Positions 49,955 to 63,699 of a stretch of 64,000 bases of DNA are shown one piece after another (positions within the stretch are counted from its first letter, which is position 1; every line of letters begins with the position of its first letter). The DNA is from Octopus bimaculoides. Taxonomy: Eukaryota. Position numbers and translations under genes: made by a program. Location: contig NC_068990.1 of assembly GCF_001194135.2 (NCBI RefSeq), positions 61,443,252 through 61,507,251 on the forward strand. Direction: 5' to 3'. The notes beneath the pieces are model-generated. The model saw only the letters and a program-made list of their open reading frames with translations. It was not told the origin of the DNA and did not search any database.

Positions 49955-51068
49955 AAAAAATGTATATTTAACAAATAGCGGTTGCTGATTGAGGGATGAA
50001 TCAAATGTAAAGATCATCAAAGAAAGACTTGGTTCTGTTTCCTTTGTATATACATATCTACATATATCATTGTATTTCATATGTATATACATCTATTGCG
50101 ATTCTGCCCTTTAGTGCCTGTGGAATCTGTTAAGTTAAAATGTTAGATTTGAATTCGATGCATCTAACAGAAGTTGGTTGAAATATAGAGTTCTTTAAGC
50201 TTAGGAAGTAAATGGAGAATAGATGTTGGACACACTTATCCATTATTACATCTCAAATCTGACACTGTCTGTTGTAGCTCTTTCTTTCTTTCTTTCTTTC
50301 CTTTAACTAAGTAAATGTATCGCAATTAGAGCATTTCTAATTTATTTTTGCCATACAGTTTATTTGAATTCTATCTTCTCTAAAATCGTTGATCGTCTCG
50401 ATATTTGGACAGAGCCTGAGTAGATTTTGTCTGAAGCAGCCATTGATATTTGCATCATGAAAGCTTTTGTTTTTCTGCCTTTGAGCAGTCTTTGTGTTCT
50501 GTGAACAGCAGCCTGAGTTGTTCTCTCATCCTGCTACACCTGTGTATGCTAAATTCTGTGAGAGAGAGGTTTTGAAATATGTGCTGGGATTCTTGAAAGC
50601 ATTCCAACGTAATGTGTATTAATGTAATGAATGAAAATATGCCAAAATTTGTATGCACCGTTGCTGAATATAGCAATGTGTATGAGATCGTTTCTTGGAT
50701 TCATAGCCAAGAATCGAAACCTTAACCTAGATTCTCTTATGCGATCTTTTTCTATGTTTCGATGTTAGCACTTGGAAATTTATGAGGTCACCTGTCAAAC
50801 TTATCTTGGTTCCTTTGTTTGAGTTAGAATTCTATGGTCATTTGGAGATTATGATAGATAAGACATATTTTGCTTTGTTCTCGAACATACATTCAGTTTT
50901 TCCCAAAGTTATAAATAGGAACTCTATGAGAAATCAGTGGTCAGTTTTCCTCTATTTCCACACACTGTATGGCTTTAATTTCTAACAAGTGGCTTTTCTT
51001 AACAGACTACTACAGCCTTATATACTGACCCTACATGCAAATAAAAAAACTGTAAACAATATTTTTTT

Positions 51069-51265
51069 CTTAATGTGACAGTCCCCTGAAGGGAATAATA
51101 CTATTGTTGGTTAGACCTAGGAAGCTGCACTGCTTCCTAGGTCTAACCAACAGTAGTATTATTCCCTTCAGGGGACTGTCACATTAAGTTGACAGCATAC
51201 AACTACTTCATCGTATCACTACTGTATAAATCTCTCTGAGAGATTTAGAAATGTATTATTTCTAA
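51069..51265. mobile_element. short member of the 42.7-kb palindrome family
   Basis: 57-bp arms (56 of 57 complementary) around a 6-nt loop at 51069-51188, then a flank ending in the TAAATCTCTC-T-GAGAGATTTA hairpin. Confidence 0.88.
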
Positions 51266-52258
51266 AAATATTTTTTTCTTTTCCATGTTGAGTAGTATGC
51301 TGTCTCACAGAGTTTGAACAACTTGACTGTAACATCACCTGTTACATTTGGTGACCCCAGTTCAAGAACAGCAGCCTTCTATTACATTTGGAGGCCTCAG
51401 ACTAAAGAATGACAGCCTCTGTTATATCTTTTTTTACTCTGTATCAAAACACAACCTTTGTTGCGAGTGTATGCTGTGAGAAGATGCATAGATGTCATGG
51501 GATGATTATCATGCTAGTATTAATAGCATGTTACATGACTGCCGAAAGGCCTCGTATGTGTGGGTCTGCAATCCGCTAAGAGTTGTAAAGTAGTAGAATT
51601 TTGAAGAATAACAACTAAAGTAAATTTGGAAAAGAAAATTTCTTTCTTCGATTTATAACAAACAAAATAACAAAAATGCTAAATAGACCTTTTTCAGTTA
51701 TAAATGACCATGGGATAGCACCTAGAAAGTTTTCCTCTGAGGTACAAGTCCAGGCAAGATTCTTTAGGGAAGACCAGCCTCTCCTCTCCATGCCACCGAT
51801 GTTATCCAAGGAAAAGGCAAAAGCCAATATAGCTTGGCGCCAGAGATGTCGCAGCTCATTACAACAGCCGAGTAAATTGGAGCAACAGGAAATAAAGTGT
51901 CTTGCTCAAGAACACAACACAATCCATTAAATATATGGAAAGTGGTATTGTGGTGTCTAGACAAATACTTGGTCTAATTCATGATGCTTTGTGCATGCAC
52001 TAAAGTTATGTATCAAAATACCACCAAGATGTAATGAATGAAAAATCTGTGCTGGCCCCAACTGAGGAGAGTGACCGAAAGAATATTGGCAGTTGACGAC
52101 CCAGTTGTAAAGTTGTGTATGGGGATGGAATGAGTGAAGAGGGCACCCTGTATCAGGTCAGTACTTTGGGTCTGCTATATAAGCCTGTATGGGGATCCAA
52201 GCTAGAGCAAAGTCAAAGACTATTGTGGGTGGCAGACACACTAGCTATGCCATGGCCT

Positions 52259-53861
52259 TGTAGTGAACCCTGGTGGCTATGACGGGAAGCAAAATAGAAA
52301 AGGGATTTAACAAGAGTAATCTTTCTTGAGCTTCTAGAATGTTCGAGAGCTTTCTGGATGCTTCCGGTTTACGTGGAAGTTGGGGGACTTCCAGTTCATC
52401 CCTTATATAAAGGAAGGAAATTCTAAATTCGTGCCACTCCATGTCTGTCTACCTTTAGGCTGGCATTGAGTCAAGCCACCACATTTTACACCCGCTCGCA
52501 CACACATTCCCCTCACTTACTTGGAGACATGTGACTGCAAACAGAACATATTCATGTAATGTTATAAGCTTTCCTTCAATCAACCTTGTATGCTAACGCA
52601 TTACCTCCAGTAATAAAACTGTTCTTTGCCATAATCATGAGTAACACTTCCATACCAGCTTATTCCGGCAACGCTAAGCTATGGTTTGCACAGCTTGATT
52701 CTTATTTCACAGCACATGGTATCCAAGCCGCTCAGCAGAAGCTACATGTGCTTATTAGTGGCATTCCCGCCATATTAGCAGACACCGTTAAAGATATAAT
52801 CACAAATCTTCCACAAGGCATGACCTACGATGCTTTGAGAACCAAAATACTATGAAGAAATTCCATATCAGGAGAAAGCCGCTTCCATGCATTGTTACAG
52901 GATGAGAACCTGGGTGATAGAACTCATCCGCATATAGCTTCGTCCGCATATAGAATAATGAAATTTCCTCACAGACCCACTGTGGTTGATTTGGTTATTG
53001 CTTCATCGCCTTCTCGACAACAGCCTAATAATAGAAACAAAGACCAGATGCACCGCAAACACAACACACCTCTAAACCTTACATCACAAGAAATGGCAGA
53101 ACAGTACATTAGCCACAAAAATTATTCAGAACTACGTACATTTAACAAACTGTTTGTTATTTCTTTTACAAAGAACGTTATTCACAAGCATTGTTCCTAT
53201 GCATGTTTTCACATTGTATTTTTATTTTGCCATGTTTTGCATTTAGTTTGATGTGCATAATTGTGTAGCTAAAGGTTACTGAGCCAAACTCTGCAATTAT
53301 ATTCAGTATCTATCATGATGCATGTATTGATTTTTCTATTTTACTACTTGTTTTACTACATGTTTCTGCTGCCTCGTTTTGCTTTGTATCTGCCCTGGAT
53401 CACTACAATGATTCTGCTTATCGACTGCTCGTCTGAGGAGGGAATTATGTAATGAACCCTGGTGGCTATGAGGGAAGGTAAAATGGAAAAGGGATTTAAT
53501 GAGAGTAATCTCCCTCGAGCTTCTAGAATGTTTGAGATCTTGCTGGAAGCTTCCAGTTTACATGGAAGATGGGGATTTCTGGTTCATCCCTTATATAAAG
53601 GAAGGAAATTCTAAATTCACATCACTCCGTGTCTGCCTAGCCTTAGGCTGGCATTGAGTTAAGCTGCCGCATTTTACGCCTGCTCACGCACACGTTTGCC
53701 TCACTTATTTGGAGACACATGACTGCAAACAGAACATATTCATGTAATGTTATAAGCTTTCCTTCAATTAAACTTATATATTAACACATTACCTCCAGTA
53801 ATAAAAGTTATGACTTATTACAAGTGTCTTGTGAATTTCTATTTTCTTGTTGTTACAAACA
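52259..53861 (+). mobile_element. internally deleted Gypsy (CsRn1-like) LTR retrotransposon
   Basis: LTR-like direct repeats at 52259-52618 and 53448-53806(-53861), both starting TGTA. PPT GAGGAGGGAA at 53435-53444. Gag remnant in between. No TSD seen. Confidence 0.88.
52637..52925 (+). pseudogene. gag: Gypsy gag N-terminal remnant
   Basis: MSNTSIPAYSGNAKLWFAQLDSYF...KDII...YDALRTKIL*RNSISGESRFHALLQDENLGDR matches the CsRn1/Mag-type gag pattern (LWFAQ.E..F, YD.LK..L, LL..E.LGDR). Confidence 0.85.
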
Positions 53862-54555
53862 AGATGGTGACTCCTCTTTCACTCATACTGACTAAATTAT
53901 AGTGTGTCAGTCGATATTACCACCAAAAATGGATAACCCAGACATCACTATAGCCTCATTATGTTTGAACGAAAGTACTATAATGATGAGTAGACTGAAA
54001 GGAAACCATGATTTCGGCAAACCGTGGATATATGCTTAGCATATGCCCAAAATGGAAATGAATCAATCTGCCAAAGTTTGAGAGATACTCATTGAGCTGC
54101 CCTGCGTATATCCAAGCAATGTTGTCATTTTATACACATATAAAAAGATATGGTTTGTGCTGTATACAGAGATGTATATGGGTTGCATTGTAATACTGGA
54201 ATCCTGTCTCCAAATTCACAGGGAAGTGTAGAAAACAACCACCAAGTTTAGAAATAGAGAAAATAAACTGTCTTCAGCTATGAAAGATTAACAAAAGAAA
54301 ATTAACTTATAAACAAAAGTCTATATATTTTCAATTGATAGTGTTCTTTATTTGTATTCAATTTAAGAATATATATAAGGACTAACAGCTGGGTATATTG
54401 TTACATAAATGGATCCAAGCATCACTTTAATGTATATGGTGCCACAAGAATTCTAAAAGGGTGGGTAGTTTCTCCCAGAGTTCAGTTGTATTGGTTTAAG
54501 CACTATTTAATGTGTCCAAGAAATTCCAAAAATCACTTTCATTATCTGTAATTTT

Positions 54556-55001
54556 AAAATGCACTGAGAATAGTTAAAATATTTTTTTATTAATATATTT
54601 AAAACTTTAACTGGTTTCACAGTTTACACTGATTTTCAAAAAGTTCAAAGAGAAAGACTTGGCTTATGTCACAACTGTCTTTGCTTCTGACTAGTGTTTG
54701 GAGTTTGCCCTGTTTTTATAAGGAGTTCATGGCTCAAATTAGTATATATTTTGAATAGGATTTGATTGGTAGGGGATAGTCACATGACTGGTCTTAGAAA
54801 CTTTTGTAGGCTCCCCGCTACATCCGTGCATTAGCATCAAGTAAAATAGGGCAAACTTCAAAAACTAGTCAGAAGCAAGACAGCTGCAACATAAGCCACA
54901 TTGTTCTACATGAACCTTTTGAAAATCAGTGTAAACTGTGAAGCCAGTTAAAGCTTTGAATATATTAATAAAAAATATATTGATTATACTCAGTACATTT
55001 T
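54556..55001. mobile_element. fold-back MITE with ~160-bp arms
   Basis: 54556-54716 pairs with 54843-55001 across a ~125-bp spacer. Confidence 0.8.
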
Positions 55002-55384
55002 CAACTTCTATTTTTCCTATATTTCTGCATGTGTGGTATAAAATAAGTTTGTTTTATATATCTATATATTCTTTTACTAGTTTCAGTCATTTATATATGT
55101 TATTTATTTAAAGGACACAACACATGTCTTTAAGTACTACTAATAGCTTTATATGTTGAAAAATATCTCAAATATATTCATCAGACACAAACTACCTATC
55201 ATAACGAACTAAAAAAATTGAATAAGAGAAGAAATGCGTAAAAACCGAGAAGGCAGCATACAGAAAATGCAGAAGGTTAAAAAATGGAAAACGAAACACA
55301 AAAGCTAAAATGGAAAAAGTAAAAAATAAAAAAGTAAGAGTTGTCCTCATTAGACCTTAAGTTATAAGGCTGGAAAGATATCAA

Positions 55385-56880
55385 CAAGTTAATCTGGAAA
55401 AGGATGAATTTTCCAATTCTTCAAAATATATTTATATATATGCTTGCAACTGCTGAAAATTTCAGACCTAGATTTCAGTAGAGAGTTAGGGATCTTAGAT
55501 CTGAACAGGACCTGCACTCTTTCAGCTAAACAAAGCTTACATTTATTCGATCCATTAAGATAATGTATAATTTCTCAATTACTTTCCACTTAATCACATA
55601 CGGTCTTTCATTATCTTTCATACTCCATGCCTAGCTATCCAACTTAGTAGCTTTGTTTTTGTCGTTATGTTGGAAAGAGGCTATATGATTGGCATAGTGC
55701 TTTTTAAATTCTCCTTCACATAATCCAATATAGGTCTTCTACTCCGTTGTATTATTATTAAGGTTGTAGTAACTTCTGCCTCATATATGATAAATTTAAT
55801 CGTTACAACTGGATTTATGCTCTTGTTATTGACCACATGTAACAATACTCTTCATACTGGGGTAGCAGCTATATGATAATTTCCCAGAATGCCTATCAAA
55901 TATTTTCCTGTTTCTGTGAGTTGCTGGAAAGTGTTTTTCTAGGAGAGATAGGAATATTTTTAGCTATACTAGTTTTTATATTAAGGGAAAAGAGAGGGGC
56001 AAACCAAATAATTTTCCTTGACCTATTTCTTAGGTCACTTATTATTATTATTATTATTATGAATACTAGAAGGCTTATGTATTACTTTATCTTTGATGCC
56101 ACTAGATCTATTATTATCATTCTTATTAGTATTAGAGGTATTATATATTAAATTATTTTTTAAGCCATTAAATGCTTGGGCATTGTTATAGTTGGGGTCT
56201 GCTTTCTCAAAAATGTCTTTAGCAGAAGAGAGATTAGATACTCTGTTACTGATATTAACTATCAAGATTTTAAATATTACAGGAGGGTGACAAGATTGTT
56301 TATGTATATATGTGAATTTCTCATTAGGCTTACGGAAAGGCTTATATGATGATTTCACATCTAGGGAAACATGTAAATAATCAACTACAGACAGATTAGT
56401 AGCTACTCTAATTTTAAGGCCTAATTGATTAAAGTTAGAAATCTATCAAGGGTGTGACCATCACACCCATAGGAAATACCTAAACTGTCGTCTCAGTATG
56501 GACAAAAGTCATGAGATGGGTACTTATATCTCAATGTATATAATATAAACAGACCCACAAGATCACAGGCATCAGCACTATCATATAAGCCCGTAGATAC
56601 ATCAAATAGTTTGTCATTATGTGACTTTTTTTACCCATGCTAACCCTTTACTGAACAGTAGTGTTTTCCTTGCATGCTTGATAAAATCTAGGTCCATACG
56701 ATCAACATATGGTTTAACAAATTCAATAACTTTATTAAGCAGTAATCCAGATATAGAGGGATAAAAGTCTTTAATATCAAACTGGGTAAATTTAGCCTTA
56801 TTCTTATTCTTAATATTCTTAAACTGCTATTCCATTGTTGAAGCCTAGTTGTTTCTCTAATTTCATTACTAATGTTTCTA
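55385..56880 (-). mobile_element. 5'-truncated Penelope-like element (RT + GIY-YIG), degraded
   Basis: KFTQFDIKDF.PSI, KHARKTLLF, FDVSTGLYDSADACDLVGL, YKPFRKPNEKFTYIHKQSCHPP, IIWFAP.FS, KTYIGLCEGEFKK.YANH, NGSNKCKLCLAEK, SEIFSSCKH. Confidence 0.93.
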
Positions 56881-57424
56881 AGTATATACATACATACATA
56901 CATACATACATACATACATACATACATACATACACACATATATACATATATACATACATAAGTGAAATCGTGATGGCACCTGTACCCAGCGTCACTTTTC
57001 TGGCACTTGTGCCCGTGGCATGTGTAAGTACTTTCGAGCAAGATCGTTGCCAGTGCCCCTGGACTAGCTCTTGTGCAGGTGGCACATAAAATATACCATT
57101 TTGAGCTTGGTCATTGCCAGTACCGTCAGACTGGCCCTCGTGCCATGGCACATAAAAAGCACCCTGTACACTCTCGAAGTGGTTGGCATTAGGAAAGGCA
57201 TCCAGCTGTAGAAACTCTGCCAGATCAGATTGGAGTCTAATGTAACCATCTGGTTCGCCAGTCCCCAGTCAAATCGTCCAACTCATGCTAGCATGGAAAG
57301 CGGATGTTAAATGATGATGATGATATATAAATATATATTAATAGAAGTCACAAAAGTGACAGAGAGTACTTACTAGCACTGCTTTTGCCCAAAATAGGAG
57401 TTAAAACAACTCAAAAGCCAGTGC

Positions 57425-57640
57425 TTTTGTGAATTATTAAGTCTACCTCAATGCCATAGCAACTGAGGTAGGCAGGTGCAGTCCACCTCAGCCTTTGGGC
57501 TGGCTAGTGCCCATTCGCCTTTGCTATCACAAGGCTTTTTTGGAGCTGGATTTTCTACAGGGAGCATGCCCTTGCTTGCCCCCAACCTCAGTTTTCTAGA
57601 CATGAGTGGTCCTGAGACCAAGGCCTCTTCCACAATTTTT
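57425..57640 (-). mobile_element. probable different RTE-type 3' UTR/SINE fragment
   Basis: Minus strand GGGGCAAGCAAGGGCATGCTCCCTGTAGAAAA echoes the AAGGGCATCCAGCTGTAGAAA tail motif. Confidence 0.35.
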
Positions 57641-57667
57641 AAGAAATGTGGTGGAAAACTAATTCGT

Positions 57668-57761
<94 letters not shown>

Positions 57762-58086
57762 AAGTATTCATGGACCTGTTTGGCAAATGGTTAAGATAAT
57801 AGTTACACTAGTATCAATTTCATTTACCATTTTCAATTGCTTTTATTAGCTGTTTTAACCTTCTCCTGGTTTTGGTTCCTGTTATTACAACTGAACCCAT
57901 ATATGTGTGTCTTGGTACTTCGTAGCACAAGTGAATGCAAAGACACTTTTAAGTATGAAATTTGATGTAGAGTATTTCAATATTGGTTCAAAACATTATA
58001 AGTATTCCAATGCAATCTATGTAATTTATCGACAAATGAGCTATGGACAAGTGTGTGTGTACTCTTATCAAAATAATGAATTGATG

Positions 58087-58202
58087 TCATGGTGCAGTGT
58101 GAAGACGAGATGCTGCTGCCATGTGTTGCTGATGCTGTTGTTTTTGTTGTTGTTGTTCTTGATGATGTTGATAACGAAAAGAAGATGTCTGTGACAATGT
58201 AT
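58087..58202 (-). CDS. candidate terminal coding exon, Gln/His-rich
   Basis: Acceptor CTTTTTGTCTTCATTCTTCCCAATACAG, then (x)TLSQTSSFRYQHHQEQQQQKQQHQQHMAAASRLHTAP*. AATAAA on the minus strand at 57842-57847. No upstream exon was identified. Confidence 0.4.
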
Positions 58203-59119
58203 CTGTATTGGGAAGAATGAAGACAAAAAGTACATTTTCTAAATAAAAATATTTCATTAACAAATAAATTATTGTTGTTATAGTAACGACCGAGTGAAAC
58301 GAAATGTTTTATGATTATTTGATTTTCACAGAAGTTTTTGTTTTATTTTTTATTATTCACCGAAGAATGTATTTTTTCTTTCAGTATCGACCGAGGGGTG
58401 GAGGTGGGGACGAAATGTTTGAGATAACTTCAGTTTAAGAAAACCATTGGTAATCTTATTTTAGATTTTTATGTGTGGATTTCTAGATGAAGTGACTGCT
58501 GTTTCTAGCTTGTAGCATGACAACTGAGTCATCTTCCTGTGCATTTACAATGCTCAGAGTTGGATTGTATTTTGATTTGATTGGGATGTAATGACTATTT
58601 CTAGCATGTTGAGTAAGAATTTGAAATAATTGAATTTTATGCAATATTTCAGAGATGAAATATACTGAACTATAGAATGTGAAGTTGAATAGTTGGTGTA
58701 TACTGGAAATGGCAAACAAATATACAGAACACAGAATGCAAAAAGCAAGAGTGTTAATTGTTCAGCATAATACACACACACTCACACCCCCCCACACACA
58801 CAAACACACACGCACACATAAAATAAGATTAAAAAATTGCACATAAGGATGACAAAGGAACACATGGAAGATTCACACACAAGACTTGGACATGCTTTTT
58901 CCTCATAACAATTTCACGCCTTTAATGATAATATTGTTTATTTTGGTGGCGTAAAAGGCACCAGGAATAAATGAGTGAGTGTAAAAGATGCTGATAAAAA
59001 CAAGTTGGATACAGGCAGTTAATATAAATATAAATATGCATATAAAATAAAGGCCTTACAGCTATGAGACAGCATAAGAACAACACATACGCACACATGT
59101 ATGTATGTGTGTGTGTGTG

Positions 59120-59450
59120 ATTATCCAGTCTTATTTTATTTCAAGATTCTTGCCAATAGAGGAGCCAGTTCCTAACCTAGATCCAAGGCTTCTTCATTGA
59201 AATGCTAAAAACATCAACAGGGTATTTTTGTATGTATGTATGTATGTATGTATGGATGGATGGATGTTTATGTGCAAATTGTTTTGTATATGTATTCTTA
59301 TGCATATAGTTGCATGTCTAGACATGCTCATATATACTTCAATGATAAACTTCTGGAAAGTTTTATAGATTTTTACAGTTCCAATGATGACTTGGAACTG
59401 TAGGCTTCAAATCAGCTTTCTCCTTTCTGGCTTTGAGAAGCCCAATTTCT
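59120..59450 (-). mobile_element. RLE-type (R4/Dong-like) retrotransposon 3' end
   Basis: EKLGFSKPERRKLI..LQFQVIIGTVKIYKTFQKFI and the shared 3' UTR. Confidence 0.8.
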
Positions 59451-60464
59451 CTACGTATAATGAGATATGCACTGAAAAAGATAAACTAGTGATAATTTAA
59501 TTGCATAAGACAACAAACACTGAAATGGAATAAAATAATATAGTTTGATAATTATTCACAATACTTCAATAGCTGAAGCATGAAAACAGAGATGGTGATG
59601 GAGAAACTGGGTGATGAAAACGATAAAAAATATTGAAATTGTCAGATATTTAAAAAGAGATGACTAAGAAAGAAAAATTATAATAAAAAAAAGGACGTTA
59701 AGAAGCATAAAGTTTGAATTGAAGATGGGGTGAACTACATTTGTAATTTTACTGATTTTTAAAATGGGAAATGAATACTTCAAACAAGAATTCTACAAAT
59801 GTATACTTCAAATCACAAGAAAAGAAAGCATACATGGCAAAAGTGATAGTCACCTTCTGCACATGCACTGTAAAAAAAATAAAGCCCAGAAAACTTGAGG
59901 GAGGAAAAATAGATACATACTATACTCATAAATAATTATCTATGCGAACGTGTGTGTGTGTGTAGAAAAATCAATAACATACACACACCTATGAGTGTTG
60001 TAGTTTGCTTGATGCATTGAGGATGCGTTCAAATCATGGAGTAGATGGAACACGGACAACTGAAGAAAGGAAATATTCTTTATGTTGCATGTCTCATTTC
60101 TCTGTTTGTTTTTTTGTTGTTCAAAAAAAAAGTTCGTTTTCTGCCTTCGTCTTTACGTTTTCGTTTCTCATTGCGTTTAACGTTTTTTGTGATGTCCTGT
60201 ACCCATATATGCATGTATGTATCCATATAAATGTAGGTATGTACATATATATATGGATATATGCACGTATTTATATATTATTTACGTTATTATATATATA
60301 TGTACATGAACATATATAGATGTGACTGTATATATATACATGAACATATATAGATGTGACTGCGTGGTAAGAAGCTTATTTCCTAACCATATGGTTCCAG
60401 GTTCAATCCCACTTCATGGCACCTTGTGAGTGGATTTGGTAGATAGCAACTGAAAGAAGCCTGT

Positions 60465-60514
<50 letters not shown>

Positions 60515-60799
60515 TATAAAGATAAATTAAATATAGAGATATACTATTGACAATCCAATAATTTATATTACAATATTACTTTAAATACTATGACTATAAC
60601 ATAACATAATATTATATAACATAACTAATTGTAAAAACCATAAAATTGTTTTGACTTATATATTTTTTCTGATATACATAATTACAGTTCTGTTATATAT
60701 AAAGTCACTTCAGTGTCATGGTTTAGAAAAAGATGAAATTCCGTGTGAAAAGACGGCTGGATTGTATATATGTATGTTTATATTTGTGTGTGTGTGTGT

Positions 60800-60908
<109 letters not shown>

Positions 60909-61223
60909 TGTGTCTGTGTTTGTCTCCTCGCCATCGCTTGGCAGCTGATGTGGGTGTATTTGCATTCCTGTAATCTAGCAGTTCAGCAAAAGAGACTGCT
61001 AGAATAAGTCCCTGGGGTTGATGTTTTTGACTAAAGGTGGTGCTCCAGCATGGCTGCAGTCAAATGACTGAAACAAATAAAAAAAATAACAAAAACCAAA
61101 AATCTTGAAAAGTTACCTTTGAAATATTTAATTAGTGTTGATATTTTGAGTTAGAACTGCTTTGCAAAGGTTTTAAAGAATGATATATATATATAAATCA
61201 TGTGCTGAAGTCTCTAGAAAGTC

Positions 61224-61337
61224 GGATCCTTGTGTGTGATAATGGAATTACACATGTTTAAAGGCATAAAAATGTGCAGCTACACAAAATCTACACATTT
61301 AAATGCATAGTAATTCCATTATCACACACAAGGATCC
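61224..61337. repeat. 114-bp element with perfect 27-bp TIRs
   Basis: GGATCCTTGTGTGTGATAATGGAATTA / TAATTCCATTATCACACACAAGGATCC. Confidence 0.8.
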
Positions 61338-61593
61338 AACAATTTTCCACTTTCTCATTTAAAACTCTTGAAAAGGAGTTCTAACTCGAAATATCAGCAC
61401 TGATTAAATATTTCAAAGGTAACGTTTCAATACCTTTGTTATCATTGTTATTTTATATATCTAACATTCTATCTGTATTGTATTTACTAGTAACGTATCT
61501 ATTTTCTAGATAATCTGCAATGCCACAGGTAAACTACAACACACACACTATCTCCCCTCACACACACATGCACACACACGGACACACACACAC

Positions 61594-61989
61594 CTCTTTT
61601 ACTTGTTTCAGTCATTTGACTGTGGCCATGCTGGAGCACCACCTTTAGTTGAGCAAATCGACTCCAGGACTTATTTATTGTAAGCCTAGTACTTATTCTA
61701 TCGGTCTCTTTTGCCAAACCGCTAAGTTACGGGGGACGTAAACACACCAGCATCAGTGGTCAAGCGATGTTGAGGGGACAAACACAGACACACAAACATA
61801 TACACACACATACATATATATATACATATATATGACGGGCTTCTTTCAGTTTCTGTCTACCAAATCCACTCACAAGGCTTTGGTCGGCCCGAGGCTATAG
61901 CAGAAGACACTTGCCCAAGGTGCCGCGCATTGGGACTGAACCCGGAACCATGTGGCTGGTAAGCAAGCTACTTACCACACAGCCACTCC
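61594..61989 (-). mobile_element. SINE family A, near full length
   Basis: Near-identical to 19622-20018. Confidence 0.93.
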
Positions 61990-63699
61990 TACGCTTATAC
62001 CTAAGTACGATGTATAAATATGTATATGCTTGTCTGTATGTGATTGTACTTGTATTTGTGTTCGATACAACATTTAAAAGCAGCATTATGTCAAAAAAGT
62101 CTCTTTATTAGCTACTCAATACTTATAGCATAATGGGCTAAACACCAGGCTATAATAAATGCTTGGGGCTGGGGTTTATATGGCTTACTAGAAACCTTAT
62201 ACAATGGTGCCCCAGCATGGCTGCAATCCAATGACTGAAATTGCTAAATTAATGAAAGAATACTTGAATCTAGTATTTGGGCTCACTTAATCCAAAACTG
62301 TCTTTCATATCTGCAATTTCATGTAACATGTCTTCATACAGGAATACCAAACATGTGTACAAACAATGAATAATGTCTAAAATTGATAGAGACATTGAAG
62401 TTTTATGTACCCTGACTTATGTACACTACCCACACACACATACACACACATGCACATGAACACAAATACACACACACTTACACACATGCATGCTTGTATG
62501 TATACGTTTGTTATACAAAGACAGATGCCTATTGCACATGTTGGTATGAGCATACATGTCCACAAAAGCAAAAAAAACACCCAGTATTCATTCATACAGG
62601 AAAGTTTAACCCTTCAGTTGTATGATTTCTGTCTCTCTCACATGCATGCATACACACACACACACATACATACATACATACCCACACACATACATATATA
62701 TATAGAAACATATACATATGCATAAACCTATGTGTGCATACATATATAAATATATATCTATGTATGTATGCATATATACACATATATATATACATATACA
62801 CATATATATGCACTTACATACATTCACACACACTGTTTGCTTACTTATGTAATGAAACGCTTGCTCGTACACACATACACACATCCACTCACACGCATGA
62901 AAATGTTTAGAAACATTAACAATTCATGTTTTTTTTACACAAGTCCACGTACACACACACATCCAGAAACAGACCAGCATTTATACACACACATTACTTA
63001 TACTCTCTCTCTCTTTTTCACAGACTCTTTGTCTTTCACTCAATGTTTCTTCCTCTCTCTCTCTCTCTTTCCCTTTCTGTCTATAAACAACACGACATTG
63101 ATCCAGCCTACCCACAGGGTCTCCACGTCACAGTTCTATCTCTCTCTTAATATTTCTGTGCGTTTCATAAAGCACATTGATATAATCAATATTTGAAATC
63201 CTACATAAGCAGAAAAGTCATGAACCATATATAACGTTATCAATAAATGTTAACAGTACAACTAACAGAACAATGGTTCCATGCAATCCATTGTATATCT
63301 GCAAGACAGTAGGACCAACTAACTGAGTTCTTCAGTACCAACACACCACTGTTCATTTATGTCTTTCATGCTAGACATGAATACAATTCAACTGACACTT
63401 TAGGATTCGTCGTCGTTGTTGTTGTTGTTGTTTCTGCTGTTGTTTAGATTTAGATCAGTTCTGACTTATGAAGATCAAAAGGCTTTTTCAGAATGTGGCC
63501 GACTGTCTCACTGGTTCTGTTTTTCAGAAAAATGGAAAGTCACATTGCATTATGCAATATAACCTTCCATATTTTAAAAGGCAGTTTCGTTTGATCTGAA
63601 TGAGATTTGGCTGTTATTTCTAACATGTAGTGTGTCCATGCAGAGAATCCAATCATTAATGCTTGTTTTTGATGATGTTTAGCCACAGATTAGACTTGA

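Noticed and set aside
55150-55190. CTGATGAA downstream of the Penelope ORF
   Set aside because: No properly spaced stem II plus GAAA follows, so it cannot be called a ribozyme.
58480-58705. Strong minus-strand acceptor (TTTGTTTGCCATTTCCAG)
   Set aside because: All three frames hit stops before any good donor.
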